Assembly (NCBI GenBank): GCA_965277715.1
Contig: OZ255836.1
Coordinates: forward strand, 4,111,632-4,175,631
Direction of reading: 5' to 3'
Length of the DNA: 64,000 nucleotides
Origin: Gammaproteobacteria bacterium
Lineage (GTDB): Bacteria > Pseudomonadota > Gammaproteobacteria > JBCCGL01
This document shows positions 1 to 10,393 of the stretch, piece after piece; the first letter of the stretch is position 1; every line of letters starts with the position of its first letter. The translations under genes were made by a program, and so were the position numbers. The notes beneath the pieces were generated by a model, which saw only the letters and a program-made list of their open reading frames with translations, had not been told where the DNA came from and did no database searches.

Positions 1-1665
1 GAAGCGCAAATACTGTATGGCTACGATAAGCAAAACGAGCAGAGCGACCGTGAATTTGACCCATTGGAACTGGACCGTTATTCGCGCCTTCAGGAACTGT
101 CGCGGGCCTTGCAGGAGAGTGTCTCAGACCTGGAAAACATTCAGGATACCTTAACCAACCTGACCCGTGATTCTGAAACCCTATTGATGCAGCAATCGCG
201 TGTTAGCACCGAGCTGCAAGAGGGGTTGATGCGCACCCGCATGGTGCGATTCGATGGTATCGAATCCAGGTTTTCACGCATCGTGCGGCAAACCGCACAG
301 TCCTTAAATAAAAAGGTTGCATTGGCTATCGCGGGCGGTGAAAACGAAATTGACCGTGGTGTTCAGGAACGCATGATTGCGCCGCTTGAGCACGTTTTGC
401 GAAACGCAGTGGCACACGGCATTGAAATGCCATCTGTGCGTGAGGCGGCAGACAAGCCGACTACAGGCAAGGTCATGATACGGCTGGCGCTGGACGGTGG
501 TGATATTTTGATCCGTGTAGTCGATGATGGTGCGGGGATCGACCTTGAATCTGTGCGCCGTGCGGCGATTGAACGCAATATGATTGACGAAAACGCACAG
601 CTTAACGAGCAAGAAGTACTGCACCTGTTGCTGGAACCAGGGTTCAGTACTGCCCGGGAAGTGACACAAATTGCCGGGCGTGGTGTTGGTCTCGATGTCG
701 TCGCCCGTGAGATAACACACCTGGGCGGATCGCTGTCGCTGGAAACAGAAGTGGGTGTTGGCACATTGTTCGTCATGCGTTTGCCGCAAACACTTGCCAT
801 CAGCCAGGCATTACTGGTGGAGGCAGCAGGTGAAACCTATGCGCTACCCATTAACAGTGTGCGCGGTGTTAGTCGAATCAGTTTCGCTGAGCTTGAGCAG
901 CATTATGCAAACCCCGAAAAGAAATACCTGTACGCAGATGAAGCTTATCAGCCGGTTCGGTTAACCAGCCTGCTAAATGCAGAGCCTGTTCGGATAAAGT
1001 CCGCTGCTGATGAGCAAATACCGTTACTGATGGTACGTTCTGGTGAGGTGCGGGTTGCGGTGCAGATTGATGATCTGATCGGTCGGCGTGAAATTGTTAT
1101 CAAGAGTGCCGGTCAGCAACTGAGTATGTTGCGTGGAATCGCTGGTGCCACCTTGTTAAGCGATGGCAAAGTGGCACTGGTGCTGGATATTGGTGGTTTA
1201 TTGCAAACGATGGAAGGCGGCAATGTGACGCGGGAACTGGCCAGCCTAGGCACCACCCCGGTAGCCGACGTCAATGCCTCTCCAACTGCCCTGACGATTA
1301 TGGTGGTGGATGATTCGGTCACCATCCGCAATGTGACTGCGCGCATGTTGGAGCGCTATAATTTAGAGGTGGTAACGGCTAAAGACGGTGTCGATGCGGT
1401 TTCACAGCTTCAGAAGCAAAAACCGGACCTGATATTGCTCGATATCGAAATGCCGCGGATGGATGGTTTTGAAGTGGCCGGTTTTGTGCGTGCTGATGCG
1501 CGCCTGAAAGATCTGCCCATTATTGTTATTAGCTCGCGGACAGGTGAAAAACACCGCCAGCGTGCATTTAACCTTGGTGTGAATGAATGCCTCGGTAAAC
1601 CTTATCAGGAAACAGGCTTAATCCACCTGATGTCCAAATTGCTCAACGTAGAACTGAAAGGTTGA
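1..1665 (+). CDS. CheA-family hybrid histidine kinase, C-terminal part (HATPase_c, CheW-like and C-terminal receiver domains). The reading frame is open from base 1, so the gene is 5'-partial. It is ChpA/PilL-like.
   Basis: Frame 1 is open from position 1. The translation shows a kinase ATP-binding G-box region (GRGVGLDVV), a CheW-like segment, and a CheY-like receiver (MVVDDS...LLDIEMPRMDG...K). CheA proteins with a C-terminal REC domain are typical of Chp/Pil, Frz and Che3-type systems. Confidence 0.6.
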   Translation, partial: EAQILYGYDKQNEQSDREFDPLELDRYSRLQELSRALQESVSDLENIQDTLTNLTRDSETLLMQQSRVSTELQEGLMRTRMVRFDGIESRFSRIVRQTAQSLNKKVALAIAGGENEIDRGVQERMIAPLEHVLRNAVAHGIEMPSVREAADKPTTGKVMIRLALDGGDILIRVVDDGAGIDLESVRRAAIERNMIDENAQLNEQEVLHLLLEPGFSTAREVTQIAGRGVGLDVVAREITHLGGSLSLETEVGVGTLFVMRLPQTLAISQALLVEAAGETYALPINSVRGVSRISFAELEQHYANPEKKYLYADEAYQPVRLTSLLNAEPVRIKSAADEQIPLLMVRSGEVRVAVQIDDLIGRREIVIKSAGQQLSMLRGIAGATLLSDGKVALVLDIGGLLQTMEGGNVTRELASLGTTPVADVNASPTALTIMVVDDSVTIRNVTARMLERYNLEVVTAKDGVDAVSQLQKQKPDLILLDIEMPRMDGFEVAGFVRADARLKDLPIIVISSRTGEKHRQRAFNLGVNECLGKPYQETGLIHLMSKLLNVELKG

Positions 1666-2123
1666 TAGGTTTGACTGAAGAAACACAGGTTAAATGTTTG
1701 TTATTGCCACTACACCAGCGGCTGCTTTTGGTGCCCAATGCAGTCGTTGCCGAAGTACTGAGTGATCAACTGCTCGCCCCGGCACCGGCAGGTGCGCCAG
1801 ACTGGCAGATGGGCCAAATAGGCTGGCGCAGTGAGCGTGAGCTGAAAGTTATTTCATTTGAGGGGGTTTGCGGTGAGATGCCATCAATACCTACAGAAGT
1901 TGCCAATGTGGTGGTAATGTACTCGATTGATGGTACCCGGAAAAACCGCTTTTACGGTCTTTATATTACCGGCACACCCAAATTTCAAATGATTGATGCA
2001 AACACACTGTCACTATCTTCAAATCAGCCGGGTAACGCCAATTGTATAGCGAGCCGTATCGTTATCAATGGCGCAGAAGGGTATATCCCCGAACTTGATG
2101 AAATTGCGCGTTTGATCGCTTGA
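1662..2123 (+). CDS. CheW-like coupling protein
   Basis: 153-aa ORF that overlaps the kinase stop by 4 nt (TTGA). CheW-like hydrophobic core pattern. Its position after a CheA-REC hybrid matches chpC/pilI-type adaptors. Confidence 0.5.
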   Translation: MIGLTEETQVKCLLLPLHQRLLLVPNAVVAEVLSDQLLAPAPAGAPDWQMGQIGWRSERELKVISFEGVCGEMPSIPTEVANVVVMYSIDGTRKNRFYGLYITGTPKFQMIDANTLSLSSNQPGNANCIASRIVINGAEGYIPELDEIARLIA

Positions 2124-2270
2124 TTGAGTTATGTTGCGACAGGCGCCTGGATAAAAATATCTATCTACTGAAAGTGGGGGAATCTGTCTGATTGTTTGCA
2201 TCGCCCTGGTTGCAGTAATTAATCCACGGCCTTTTTTGTGCTAGAAATAGAGGAAATGGGGGGAGTTAAA

Positions 2271-2960
2271 ATGACGTATTTAAAAACCTGTGGTTTAGCC
2301 ACTATCGGCGTAATGATGGCGACAGTGATTAATGTCGCTGATGCATCCTGCTCAGATAAGCGCGCACCGGGTGTTGATTGGTCAGGCTGCAAAAAATCCC
2401 GCAAGATGCTCGATGAGGAGGATTTCTCGGGGGCACGCTTTGATGGGGCCAATTTTAGCGCGAGTACAATGGATGGCAGTAATTTTTCCAAGGCCAGCCT
2501 GGTCAAGGCCGATTTAACCCGTGCCAGCCTGAGTAAAGCTAACTTTGAGCGGGCGAACCTCAGTAAGTCAGTAGGGTATCGTGCGCAGTTTGACCAAGCC
2601 AATTTTACTGAGGCCTTACTGCAAAAATCAGAGTTTTCGCGGGCGAACTTTCAGGGGGCAACATTCCTTAATGTCGACTGGTCCCGCGCAGAGTTGGGGC
2701 GTGCCAACTTTTCTACAGCAACACTGAACAGCGTAGTGTTTGAGTACACCAATATGGCGCGTGCAATATTCACGGATACCCGTTTAAATAAGGTCGACTT
2801 TGCTGGTGCCTATACATTTTTGACACGCTTTGAAGGCGTGGATTTACGCAACACCCAGCAGTTGACGCAGACGCAACTGGATATTGCCTGTGGCGATGAC
2901 GAAACGCTGTTGCCGGAAGGTTTATCCAGGCCTTTGAGTTGGCCGTGTGTCGAGGGGTGA
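2271..2960 (+). CDS. secreted pentapeptide-repeat protein
   Basis: An N-terminal signal peptide (MTYLKTCGLATIGVMMATVINVADA) is followed by more than 25 consecutive A(D/N)(L/F)xx pentapeptide repeats (ANFSA, ASLVK, ADLTR, ASLSK, ANFER, ANLSK ...). A GGGGGAG RBS lies 7 nt upstream of the ATG at 2271. The six-frame ORF starts earlier, at 2238. Confidence 0.6.
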   Translation: MTYLKTCGLATIGVMMATVINVADASCSDKRAPGVDWSGCKKSRKMLDEEDFSGARFDGANFSASTMDGSNFSKASLVKADLTRASLSKANFERANLSKSVGYRAQFDQANFTEALLQKSEFSRANFQGATFLNVDWSRAELGRANFSTATLNSVVFEYTNMARAIFTDTRLNKVDFAGAYTFLTRFEGVDLRNTQQLTQTQLDIACGDDETLLPEGLSRPLSWPCVEG

Positions 2961-3013
2961 AGGGGGAAGGGGGAAATATTAACTTTATCTTCGCCTTCCC
3001 CCTTTTTATTTTT
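2961..3013. terminator. bidirectional rho-independent terminator between convergent genes
   Basis: A GGGGGAAGGGGG ... CCTTCCCCC stem is followed by TTTTTATTTTT. It sits between the pentapeptide gene stop (2960) and the hppA stop (3012). Confidence 0.6.
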
Positions 3014-5033
3014 ACAACAGAGGGGCAATTACCAGGCTGACGATTGCCATTACGTTAATCAGGATATTCATTGAAGGCCCGGAGGTGTCTTTGAACGGGT
3101 CGCCAACGGTATCACCGACTACTACCGCTGCATGGGTTTCTGATCCCTTGCCACCAAGGTTGCCCTTTTCGACATATTTCTTGGCATTGTCCCAGGCACC
3201 ACCTGCGTTTGCCATCATTAACGCCAACAGAATACAACCGAGCAAACCACCCGCGAGCATACCGCCCAATGCCTCGGCACCAATAATAAAACCCACCAGT
3301 ACCGGTGCTGATACAGCAATAATGCCGGGAAGAATCATTTTCTTGAGCGCTGCCGTTGTGGCGATATCCACGCATTTGTTGTGGTCTGGGTCTGCATTGC
3401 CTTCTTTAAGGCCAGGAATTTCACGGAACTGACGGCGGATTTCCTCGATCATTTCCATCGCCGCATCACCAACAGCCGTCATGGTAATGGCTGCGATAAG
3501 AAAGGGCAGCAGGCCGCCAATAAACAACCCGACTAATACCAATGGATTGGCGAGTTCCAGCGAAAAATCGGGGTTTTTAACGGACATGGTTTCAACAAAA
3601 GCGGCAATGATTGCCAATGCGGCCAATGCGGCGGCACCAATGGCAAACCCTTTGCCGATAGCGGCGGTGGTGTTGCCCACTTCGTCCAGGCCGTCGGTGA
3701 TCTTGCGCGTATCTTCACCCAGCCCGGCCATCTCAGCGATACCGCCTGCGTTATCGGCTACCGGGCCGTAAGCATCCAATGCCATGGTCATGCCCACTGT
3801 GGCAAGCATGCCCACAGCGGCGATGCCGACACCGTATAACCCGGCCATCCAGGTAGAGACAAAAATAATTACACAGATAGTCAATACGGGGATGACCACC
3901 GATTCCATACCGACAGCCAGGCCCGTGATAATAACGGTGGCGCTACCGGTTTTGCCAGATTCGGCGATACGCCGGACTGGTTCGGCTGCTGTGTAGTACT
4001 CGGTAACCAAACCAATCACAATACCACCGGCGGTGCCGACCAGAATCGCCACCCACACCTGCCAGGAAACACCGAGCATTTTTACCAGCATAAAACCACC
4101 GACAATGAGTGCGAAAGCCGATATCTGATGGCCCATACGCAGGGCTTTTTCCGGTGCGCTGGATGAGCTGGATTTAACAATAAAGATACCGATAACCGAA
4201 CAGATCAGGCCGAGCGAAGACAGCGCCAGCGGCAGGAACATCAGTGCACCACGATCACCGTTTGCCAGGGCATCAACGCCGTTGCCAGTGCTCATGGCCA
4301 GTGTCGAGGCTATGGCCATAGTGGCAATCATCGAACCGCAGTAGGATTCAAAGATATCCGAACCCATACCGGCGACATCACCCACATTATCCCCCACGTT
4401 ATCGGCGATAACACCGGGGTTGCGGGGGTCGTCTTCGGGGATGCCCTCTTCAAGCTTGCCCACCAGGTCGGCGCCGACATCGGCGCTCTTGGTGTATATA
4501 CCACCACCAACGCGTGAGAATAGTGCCACCGAGGAAGCCCCCATACCAAAACCGTGAATAGCGTGGGCAGTGGCCGGGTCACCCCCGAAAAACCAATACA
4601 GAAAACCAAGGCCCAGCAGGCCCAGTGAAGCGACGCACAGGCCCATGATCGAACCGCCAAAAAAGGCGACGGTCAGCGCGCTTGCCTGGCCGCTGTCATG
4701 CGCGGCCACCGTTGTGCGCACATTCGCTTTGGTGGCTGAAAACATGCCGAGGTAGCCAGCGGCTGCAGAGGCGCTGGCGCCAACCAAAAACGATAGCGCC
4801 GTTTGCCAACCCAGCGGTGAGAGAAAAATAAGTACTAATAAAACCCCGGCAAATATACCCAGCATTTTGTATTCGCGATGCATGAATACCATTGCACCCT
4901 GGTGAATTGAATTGCCAATGTCGGCGATTTTGCCGTCACCGCCCGAATAGGCCAGCAGTGCTTTGTAAATTGCAAAGGCGACAATCAGGCCCGCCACGCC
5001 AAATAACGGTGGCAGGATTAAAAGGTCACTCAT
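3012..5033 (-). CDS. hppA: membrane-bound proton-translocating pyrophosphatase (H+-PPase)
   Basis: 673-aa polytopic membrane protein. It has the hallmark H+-PPase motifs ([33 protein letters not shown]) and a C-terminal [14 protein letters not shown]. Confidence 0.85.
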   Translation of the reverse strand: MSDLLILPPLFGVAGLIVAFAIYKALLAYSGGDGKIADIGNSIHQGAMVFMHREYKMLGIFAGVLLVLIFLSPLGWQTALSFLVGASASAAAGYLGMFSATKANVRTTVAAHDSGQASALTVAFFGGSIMGLCVASLGLLGLGFLYWFFGGDPATAHAIHGFGMGASSVALFSRVGGGIYTKSADVGADLVGKLEEGIPEDDPRNPGVIADNVGDNVGDVAGMGSDIFESYCGSMIATMAIASTLAMSTGNGVDALANGDRGALMFLPLALSSLGLICSVIGIFIVKSSSSSAPEKALRMGHQISAFALIVGGFMLVKMLGVSWQVWVAILVGTAGGIVIGLVTEYYTAAEPVRRIAESGKTGSATVIITGLAVGMESVVIPVLTICVIIFVSTWMAGLYGVGIAAVGMLATVGMTMALDAYGPVADNAGGIAEMAGLGEDTRKITDGLDEVGNTTAAIGKGFAIGAAALAALAIIAAFVETMSVKNPDFSLELANPLVLVGLFIGGLLPFLIAAITMTAVGDAAMEMIEEIRRQFREIPGLKEGNADPDHNKCVDIATTAALKKMILPGIIAVSAPVLVGFIIGAEALGGMLAGGLLGCILLALMMANAGGAWDNAKKYVEKGNLGGKGSETHAAVVVGDTVGDPFKDTSGPSMNILINVMAIVSLVIAPLL

Positions 5034-5312
5034 GTAAGTTTCTCCTCAGTGGTAGTCATGGTTTCTGAACGCCCGCAATAGGCCACCACAATATAATTAT
5101 ATTGCTCATGGTCGATCTCGGGACAAAACGCGAATGATAACCAACTCCGGCCCGGAAGTTTGATAAATTTGTGCGATAATCGTATGAATCTATCGAAACC
5201 GCCAGGCTATGCTGCAAATTTGGGTAACAACAGGCTTAATCGCAACGCTGTACGCGCACTGTCTGGTATTTTAGGTGATGCGTTATGCCTGTAACACAGT
5301 GATGCCCCTTTC

Positions 5313-7160
5313 ATGAGTCGGCGTGACCCCATTCGCAACCATGTGCTTGAAGGCGCGCTGTTTAGGCGGCGGGTCATTATTTCGCTGTTGTTTGGTCTGC
5401 TGCTGGTGGGCGTACTGCTGACACGCTTGGCGTATTTGCAGTTAGTCAGTTTTGACCACTATTCGACATTATCCACCAATAACCGTATGCGTTTGCAGGC
5501 TGTTGCCCCACCACGCGGTTTAATTTTTGACCGCAATGGTGTTGTGCTGGCTGAAAATCTGCCCACCTATCGACTGGAGATAACCCCTGAGGAAGTCGGT
5601 GATATGGATGAGACCCTGGAGGAACTTGCCGGGGTAGTCGATGTTTCCAAGCGTGAAGTGCAACGCTTTCGCAAAGCACTCAAGCGTGCGCGCCCGTTTG
5701 AAGATATTCCGCTGCTGTTTAATCTCAGCGATGAACAAGTGGCACGCATAGCGGCGGTGCGCCATCAGTTTCCCGGTGTTGAAATTAGTGCGCGTTTGAG
5801 CCGTCACTACCCCCAGAACGCTGTTGCCGGGCACACGATCGGTTATGTTGGGCGTATCGATGAGCGCGAGCTTAAGGCAGTCGATCAAACCAACTATGCG
5901 GCGACTAACCATATTGGTAAAGTTGGTATCGAAAAGTATTACGAGGAGCGTTTGCACGGCAAGGTTGGTTACCAGCGTGTTGAAGTGAACGTCGCGGGGC
6001 GCGTATTGCGGGTGCTTGAAGAGCAGGCGCCTATCGCCGGGCAAAACTTACACTTAACGCTGGATATTGCCCTGCAAAAAACAGCCGAGCAGGCAATGGG
6101 TGAACACAGCGGATCGGTGGTAGTGCTCGACCCTGAGAACGGCGATATATTAGCGATTGTCAGTCAGCCGACCTTTGATCCCAATTTGTTTGTCAATGGT
6201 ATTTCACACGAAAACTACGCGATACTGCGCAATGACAAAGCGCAGCCACTCTTTAACCGGGCATTGACCGGGCAGTACCCACCTGGCTCGACGATCAAGC
6301 CGATTATTGGCCTGGCCGGGTTAAGCAGCAAAGTGCAAAAACCCCGGCAGCGTATCTTTTGCCCTGGCCGCTATTCGCTACCTAACGATGAGCGCAAATA
6401 CCGGGACTGGAAAAAGACAGGGCATGGCTCTGTGAATCTCACTGACGCCATTACCCAATCCTGCGATGTATTGTTTTACGATATGGCGTTGCGGATGGGG
6501 ATCGACCGCATTTCGCCCGTACTGGAAATCTTTGGTTTGGGCACGGCAACCGGGGTCGATACCACGGGCGAGGCAGACGGTATACTGCCATCGCGGCAAT
6601 GGAAAAATGCCGTTAAAGGGCAGTCCTGGTTTCCTGGTGAAACCCTGATTACGGGCATTGGGCAGGGGTATATGCTGGTGACGCCTCTGCAACTGGCCAG
6701 CGCGACGGCTATGTTGGCAACACGGGGGGAACGGGTCAAGCCCCGCCTGTTGTACCGTGTACAGGCGTCTGCGGATGAATCGGTAGAGATGCAGGCTCCC
6801 ACTGCGCCGGTCAAGGTGGGGGTATTTGACGCGGCACATTGGGAGTATATTCACAAGGCGATGGTGGACGTTGCCCACACCCCCCGTGGAACGGCGTATC
6901 GTGCCAACCGTGGGACCACTTATCGCGTTGCGGCGAAAACGGGTACGGCGCAGGTATTTGGCATCGCCCAGGATGCAAAGTATGAAGCGGACAAACTCAG
7001 CAGAAAACTGCGTGATCACGCTGTGTATATTGCCTACGCCCCCGCCGATGCACCGCGTATTGCCATTGCGGTAATTGTTGAACACGGTGGTAGTGGTGGT
7101 AGCGTTGCCGGCCCGATAGCCCGTGAGGTAATGGATGCTTATCTGGTTGGCCAGCATTAG
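5313..7160 (+). CDS. mrdA: penicillin-binding protein 2 (elongasome transpeptidase)
   Basis: 615 aa, colinear with E. coli PBP2. It has an N-terminal TM helix and the SxxK (STIKP), SxN and KTG (KTGTAQV) motifs. It is followed by rodA. Confidence 0.9.
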   Translation: MSRRDPIRNHVLEGALFRRRVIISLLFGLLLVGVLLTRLAYLQLVSFDHYSTLSTNNRMRLQAVAPPRGLIFDRNGVVLAENLPTYRLEITPEEVGDMDETLEELAGVVDVSKREVQRFRKALKRARPFEDIPLLFNLSDEQVARIAAVRHQFPGVEISARLSRHYPQNAVAGHTIGYVGRIDERELKAVDQTNYAATNHIGKVGIEKYYEERLHGKVGYQRVEVNVAGRVLRVLEEQAPIAGQNLHLTLDIALQKTAEQAMGEHSGSVVVLDPENGDILAIVSQPTFDPNLFVNGISHENYAILRNDKAQPLFNRALTGQYPPGSTIKPIIGLAGLSSKVQKPRQRIFCPGRYSLPNDERKYRDWKKTGHGSVNLTDAITQSCDVLFYDMALRMGIDRISPVLEIFGLGTATGVDTTGEADGILPSRQWKNAVKGQSWFPGETLITGIGQGYMLVTPLQLASATAMLATRGERVKPRLLYRVQASADESVEMQAPTAPVKVGVFDAAHWEYIHKAMVDVAHTPRGTAYRANRGTTYRVAAKTGTAQVFGIAQDAKYEADKLSRKLRDHAVYIAYAPADAPRIAIAVIVEHGGSGGSVAGPIAREVMDAYLVGQH

Positions 7161-7300
7161 CGGGCCGGAATTAATTCAGTTGAACCATGGTGAGAACACT
7201 TTACCTTCAGTGTATTGACATCTAAATGTGTGAAGTAAACTCAACTTATTGGTTTAGCGTTAAATGACAATCTGTTTTTAGCACTGTGGGTGAATAACCT

Positions 7301-8431
7301 TTGTTTCGAAATGAACCATTAAACCAACGGCGTCATCCGGCGGCGGCCCGTATGTTAGGTGCTTTGCCCCGGCTGGACTATGTACTGTTATACAGTTTAC
7401 TGGCGCTGGCGTTGGTCGGCTTAACCGTGCTGTATAGCGCATCCGGGCATGATCTCGATCAGATAATGCGCCAGTGCATACGTCTGGGTATTGGTTTTGT
7501 GGTTATGCTGCTCATTGCGTACATCAACCCGGATACCCTGCGTTTTTGGTCTCCCTGGTGCTATTTGCTGGGTTTGTTGATGTTAGTTGCTGTGCTGTTT
7601 TTTGGTGAAGTGGGCAAGGGTGCACAACGCTGGCTGGATATTGGTGTGATGCGCTTTCAGCCTTCTGAATTGATGAAACTGGCGGTGCCGATGATGGTGG
7701 CTTGGTTTGTCAGCGAGCGCCCGTTACCCCCTAAATTTTTATGGTTGCTGGGGGCCTGCAGTCTGGTCGTGGTGCCCGCACTGCTCATCGCCCGGCAGCC
7801 GGATCTGGGCACTGCTTTACTGGTCGCCAGCGCCGGTTTTTTCGTGTTGTTTTTAGCGGGGATGCGCTGGCGGGTACTGCTTGGTGTCGTGGTTACGACA
7901 GCGGCAGGTATGCCTGTTCTGTGGCATTTTATGCACGACTACCAGCGCACTCGGGTGATGACACTACTGAACCCGGAATCCGATCCACTGGGGGCGGGTT
8001 ACCACATCATACAATCAAAAATTGCCGTGGGCAGTGGCGGTGTTTTTGGCAAGGGTTGGCTCAACGGCACGCAATCGCACCTGGATTTTTTACCCGAGCG
8101 ATCCACCGACTTTATTTTTGCTGTGTTTGGCGAAGAGTTTGGCTTTATCGGTGCAGTGGCGCTCATTGCGTTATACCTGTTTATTATTGCGCGTGGTCTG
8201 TATATTGCCTCTACCGCCCAGGGCAGTTATGCCCGTTTATTAGCGGGCAGCTTATCACTCACTTTTTTTATTTATTTACTGGTGAATATTGGTATGGTTA
8301 TCGGCCTGTTGCCCGTGGTGGGTGTGCCGTTACCCATGATCAGCTACGGCGGCACATCGGTAGTGACGTTGATGGCGGGTTTCGGTATTCTTATGTCGGC
8401 CCAGGCACACAAACGATTACTTTCTGAATAA
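7301..8431 (+). CDS. mrdB: rod shape-determining protein RodA (SEDS glycosyltransferase)
   Basis: Colinear with E. coli RodA (GAQRWLDIGVMRFQPSELMKLAVP, HDYQRTRVMTLLNPESDPLGAGYHIIQSKIAVGSGG). The ORF starts with TTG at 7301. An in-frame ATG at 7352 is an alternative start. Confidence 0.9.
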   Translation: MFRNEPLNQRRHPAAARMLGALPRLDYVLLYSLLALALVGLTVLYSASGHDLDQIMRQCIRLGIGFVVMLLIAYINPDTLRFWSPWCYLLGLLMLVAVLFFGEVGKGAQRWLDIGVMRFQPSELMKLAVPMMVAWFVSERPLPPKFLWLLGACSLVVVPALLIARQPDLGTALLVASAGFFVLFLAGMRWRVLLGVVVTTAAGMPVLWHFMHDYQRTRVMTLLNPESDPLGAGYHIIQSKIAVGSGGVFGKGWLNGTQSHLDFLPERSTDFIFAVFGEEFGFIGAVALIALYLFIIARGLYIASTAQGSYARLLAGSLSLTFFIYLLVNIGMVIGLLPVVGVPLPMISYGGTSVVTLMAGFGILMSAQAHKRLLSE

Positions 8432-8446
8432 ACGGTACAGCTTCTT

Positions 8447-9433
8447 ATGCGATCTACCTCATTGTTATTATGTTTATGTCTATGTTCTTGGATCACCGGG
8501 GCACATGCCGACTATTCCAATAACGATAAAGCACGGCAATTTATCACGGATATTACTGCCAGACACTCGCTCAATGCCGCCGAGCTTAGAGGGTTGTTTA
8601 AACAGATAGAACGACAGGACAGTGTTATCAAGGCTATTTCCCGGCCCGCTGAACGCGTGTTGAAATGGAAGGGCTACCGGCCTATTTTTATTACCGATAA
8701 ACGCATTGCGGCAGGTGTAAAATTTTGGCGTGAACACCGTGAACTGCTCGATAAAGTTGAGCGGGAATACGGTGTTCCCAGTGAAATTATTGTGGCCATT
8801 ATCGGTGTCGAAACCTTCTTTGGCCGTTATAAAGGCAAGTACTCTGCACTCGCCTCGCTGGCCACATTGGCATTTGACTACCCACCGCGCAGCAAATTTT
8901 TTCGCAGCGAACTGGAGCAGTTTTTACTGTTGGTAAAAGAGGAGTCACTCGATCCTCTGGCGGTCAAAGGCTCGTATGCCGCCGCGATGGGAATGCCGCA
9001 GTTTATATCCAGTAGCTACCGCGAGTATGCCGTCGATTTTGATGGCGATGGCCGCCGCGATCTGTGGAATAACATCGCCGATGTCACCGGGAGCGTGGCC
9101 AACTATTTTCGCCGTCACGGCTGGCAACGGGGGCAGCCGATTGCCGAAAAGGTCAGCCCGGACGGCGAACGCTATAAACCGTTGATTGCTAAAAAACTCA
9201 AACCCACTGTCAGTAATGCCCAGTTACAGGCGGCGGGCATCGAATTAAAACAACCATCAAAGGGCGATAAGTCGCTGTACCGTTTGATTGGCAGCAAAGG
9301 TGAGGAACTATGGGTTGGCCACAAAAATTTTTATGTCATCACCCGCTACAACCACAGCAAACTTTACGCGATGGCGGTATTTCAACTCAGTCAGCGTATC
9401 GCGGCGGCAATGGCCTCGCCATCAGCTAACTGA
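8447..9433 (+). CDS. mltB: lytic murein transglycosylase B family
   Basis: Signal peptide plus an SLT_2/MltB-like sequence (GVETFFGRY, GMPQFISSSYREYAVDFDGDG). Conserved position after rodA. Confidence 0.7.
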   Translation: MRSTSLLLCLCLCSWITGAHADYSNNDKARQFITDITARHSLNAAELRGLFKQIERQDSVIKAISRPAERVLKWKGYRPIFITDKRIAAGVKFWREHRELLDKVEREYGVPSEIIVAIIGVETFFGRYKGKYSALASLATLAFDYPPRSKFFRSELEQFLLLVKEESLDPLAVKGSYAAAMGMPQFISSSYREYAVDFDGDGRRDLWNNIADVTGSVANYFRRHGWQRGQPIAEKVSPDGERYKPLIAKKLKPTVSNAQLQAAGIELKQPSKGDKSLYRLIGSKGEELWVGHKNFYVITRYNHSKLYAMAVFQLSQRIAAAMASPSAN

Positions 9434-9451
9434 TCAAATAATAGTGAAACC

Positions 9452-10393
9452 GTGAAATCGCTTCTCTTACAAAAATGCCCGCTAAGCTGTAGAGCGTGTC
9501 TTAAAAGTGCCCCACCCTCAGAGCGAGGGGTTGGGGTGAGGAACTTTTCCGACATCCTCTGTGCGGGAGTGGCGGGGTTTCTGCTCGTTGCGGTACTGCT
9601 GTTGGGTGCCTGCTCGACTACCGATGTAGGTAATGTCGATGAAGATAAAGATGGGCCGGGTGGCCATGTTGATGCCGATGCAGTTGACGACGCTATAGCA
9701 CGGCGGGAACCGTTTAGCCGCTATGGTAACCCCCCTTCTTATGAAGTAAACGGTGTTCGCTATACCGTGCTGGACAGCAATAAGGGTTATGTGGAAAAGG
9801 GCAATGCCTCCTGGTATGGGAAGAAATTTCATGGCCGCAGAACCTCCAGTGGCGAGGTGTTTGATATGTACAAGGCGACGGCGGCACACCGCAGTTTGCC
9901 ATTGCCGACCTATGCGTATGTCACCAACCTCGACAATGGCAAGACACTGCTGGTTAAAATCAATGACCGTGGCCCTTTTCACAGTGACCGTATCATCGAC
10001 TTATCCTATGCAGCGGCGGTAAAACTTGGCTTTGCCAATGCCGGTATTGGTCATGTGGAGGTACGCGCTATTAATTTTGATCAGGCATCGGCAAAAGCCC
10101 CTCCGGCCACTGATGAAACACCCGGCACTGCCCGCGTACCACTCCCCGCAACGCCCCAACAGACGTACATACAGATAGGTGCTTTCAAATACCGGGTGAA
10201 TGCACAGGCAGCCGGTGAGCGTTTGCAAGCGGCTGGGTTTTCTGCGGTATCTGTTGACCAGGCGCAATCGCTAAACGGTGACCCACTCTACAAAGTGCGC
10301 ATGGGGCCTTATGACAGCCTGGCGGAAACGGACGCGGTTATCAGCCAGTTGCAGGCGGCGGGAATAACCGGCTTTAGCCTGCTGGATAATTAA
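9452..10393 (+). CDS. rlpA: septal ring lytic transglycosylase RlpA (DPBB domain plus C-terminal SPOR domain) lipoprotein
   Basis: Lipoprotein signal (LLLGAC|S). RlpA DPBB motifs (GNASWYG, HRSLPLPTYAYVTNLDNGK..VKINDRGPF). A C-terminal SPOR-like region (YIQIGAFKYRVNAQ...). A likely alternative GTG start at 9536 gives a cleaner signal peptide. Confidence 0.7.
   Translation: MKSLLLQKCPLSCRACLKSAPPSERGVGVRNFSDILCAGVAGFLLVAVLLLGACSTTDVGNVDEDKDGPGGHVDADAVDDAIARREPFSRYGNPPSYEVNGVRYTVLDSNKGYVEKGNASWYGKKFHGRRTSSGEVFDMYKATAAHRSLPLPTYAYVTNLDNGKTLLVKINDRGPFHSDRIIDLSYAAAVKLGFANAGIGHVEVRAINFDQASAKAPPATDETPGTARVPLPATPQQTYIQIGAFKYRVNAQAAGERLQAAGFSAVSVDQAQSLNGDPLYKVRMGPYDSLAETDAVISQLQAAGITGFSLLDN

Noticed and set aside
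1-2123. Assigning the kinase/CheW pair specifically to the Chp/Pil twitching system and naming it chpA/chpC
   Set aside because: The CheA-REC plus CheW order fits. But no pilG/H/I/J or chpB is in the window, and the kinase N-terminus (Hpt domains) is missing. Family-level call only.
6378-7157. 259-aa minus-strand ORF antisense to mrdA
   Set aside because: Antisense frame of a well-supported PBP2 gene, with no homology and an Arg-rich composition.
7741-8427. 228-aa forward ORF in an alternative frame within rodA
   Set aside because: Arg/Gly/Cys-rich nonsense translation from the +1 frame of a GC-rich membrane-protein gene. RodA homology is in the other frame.
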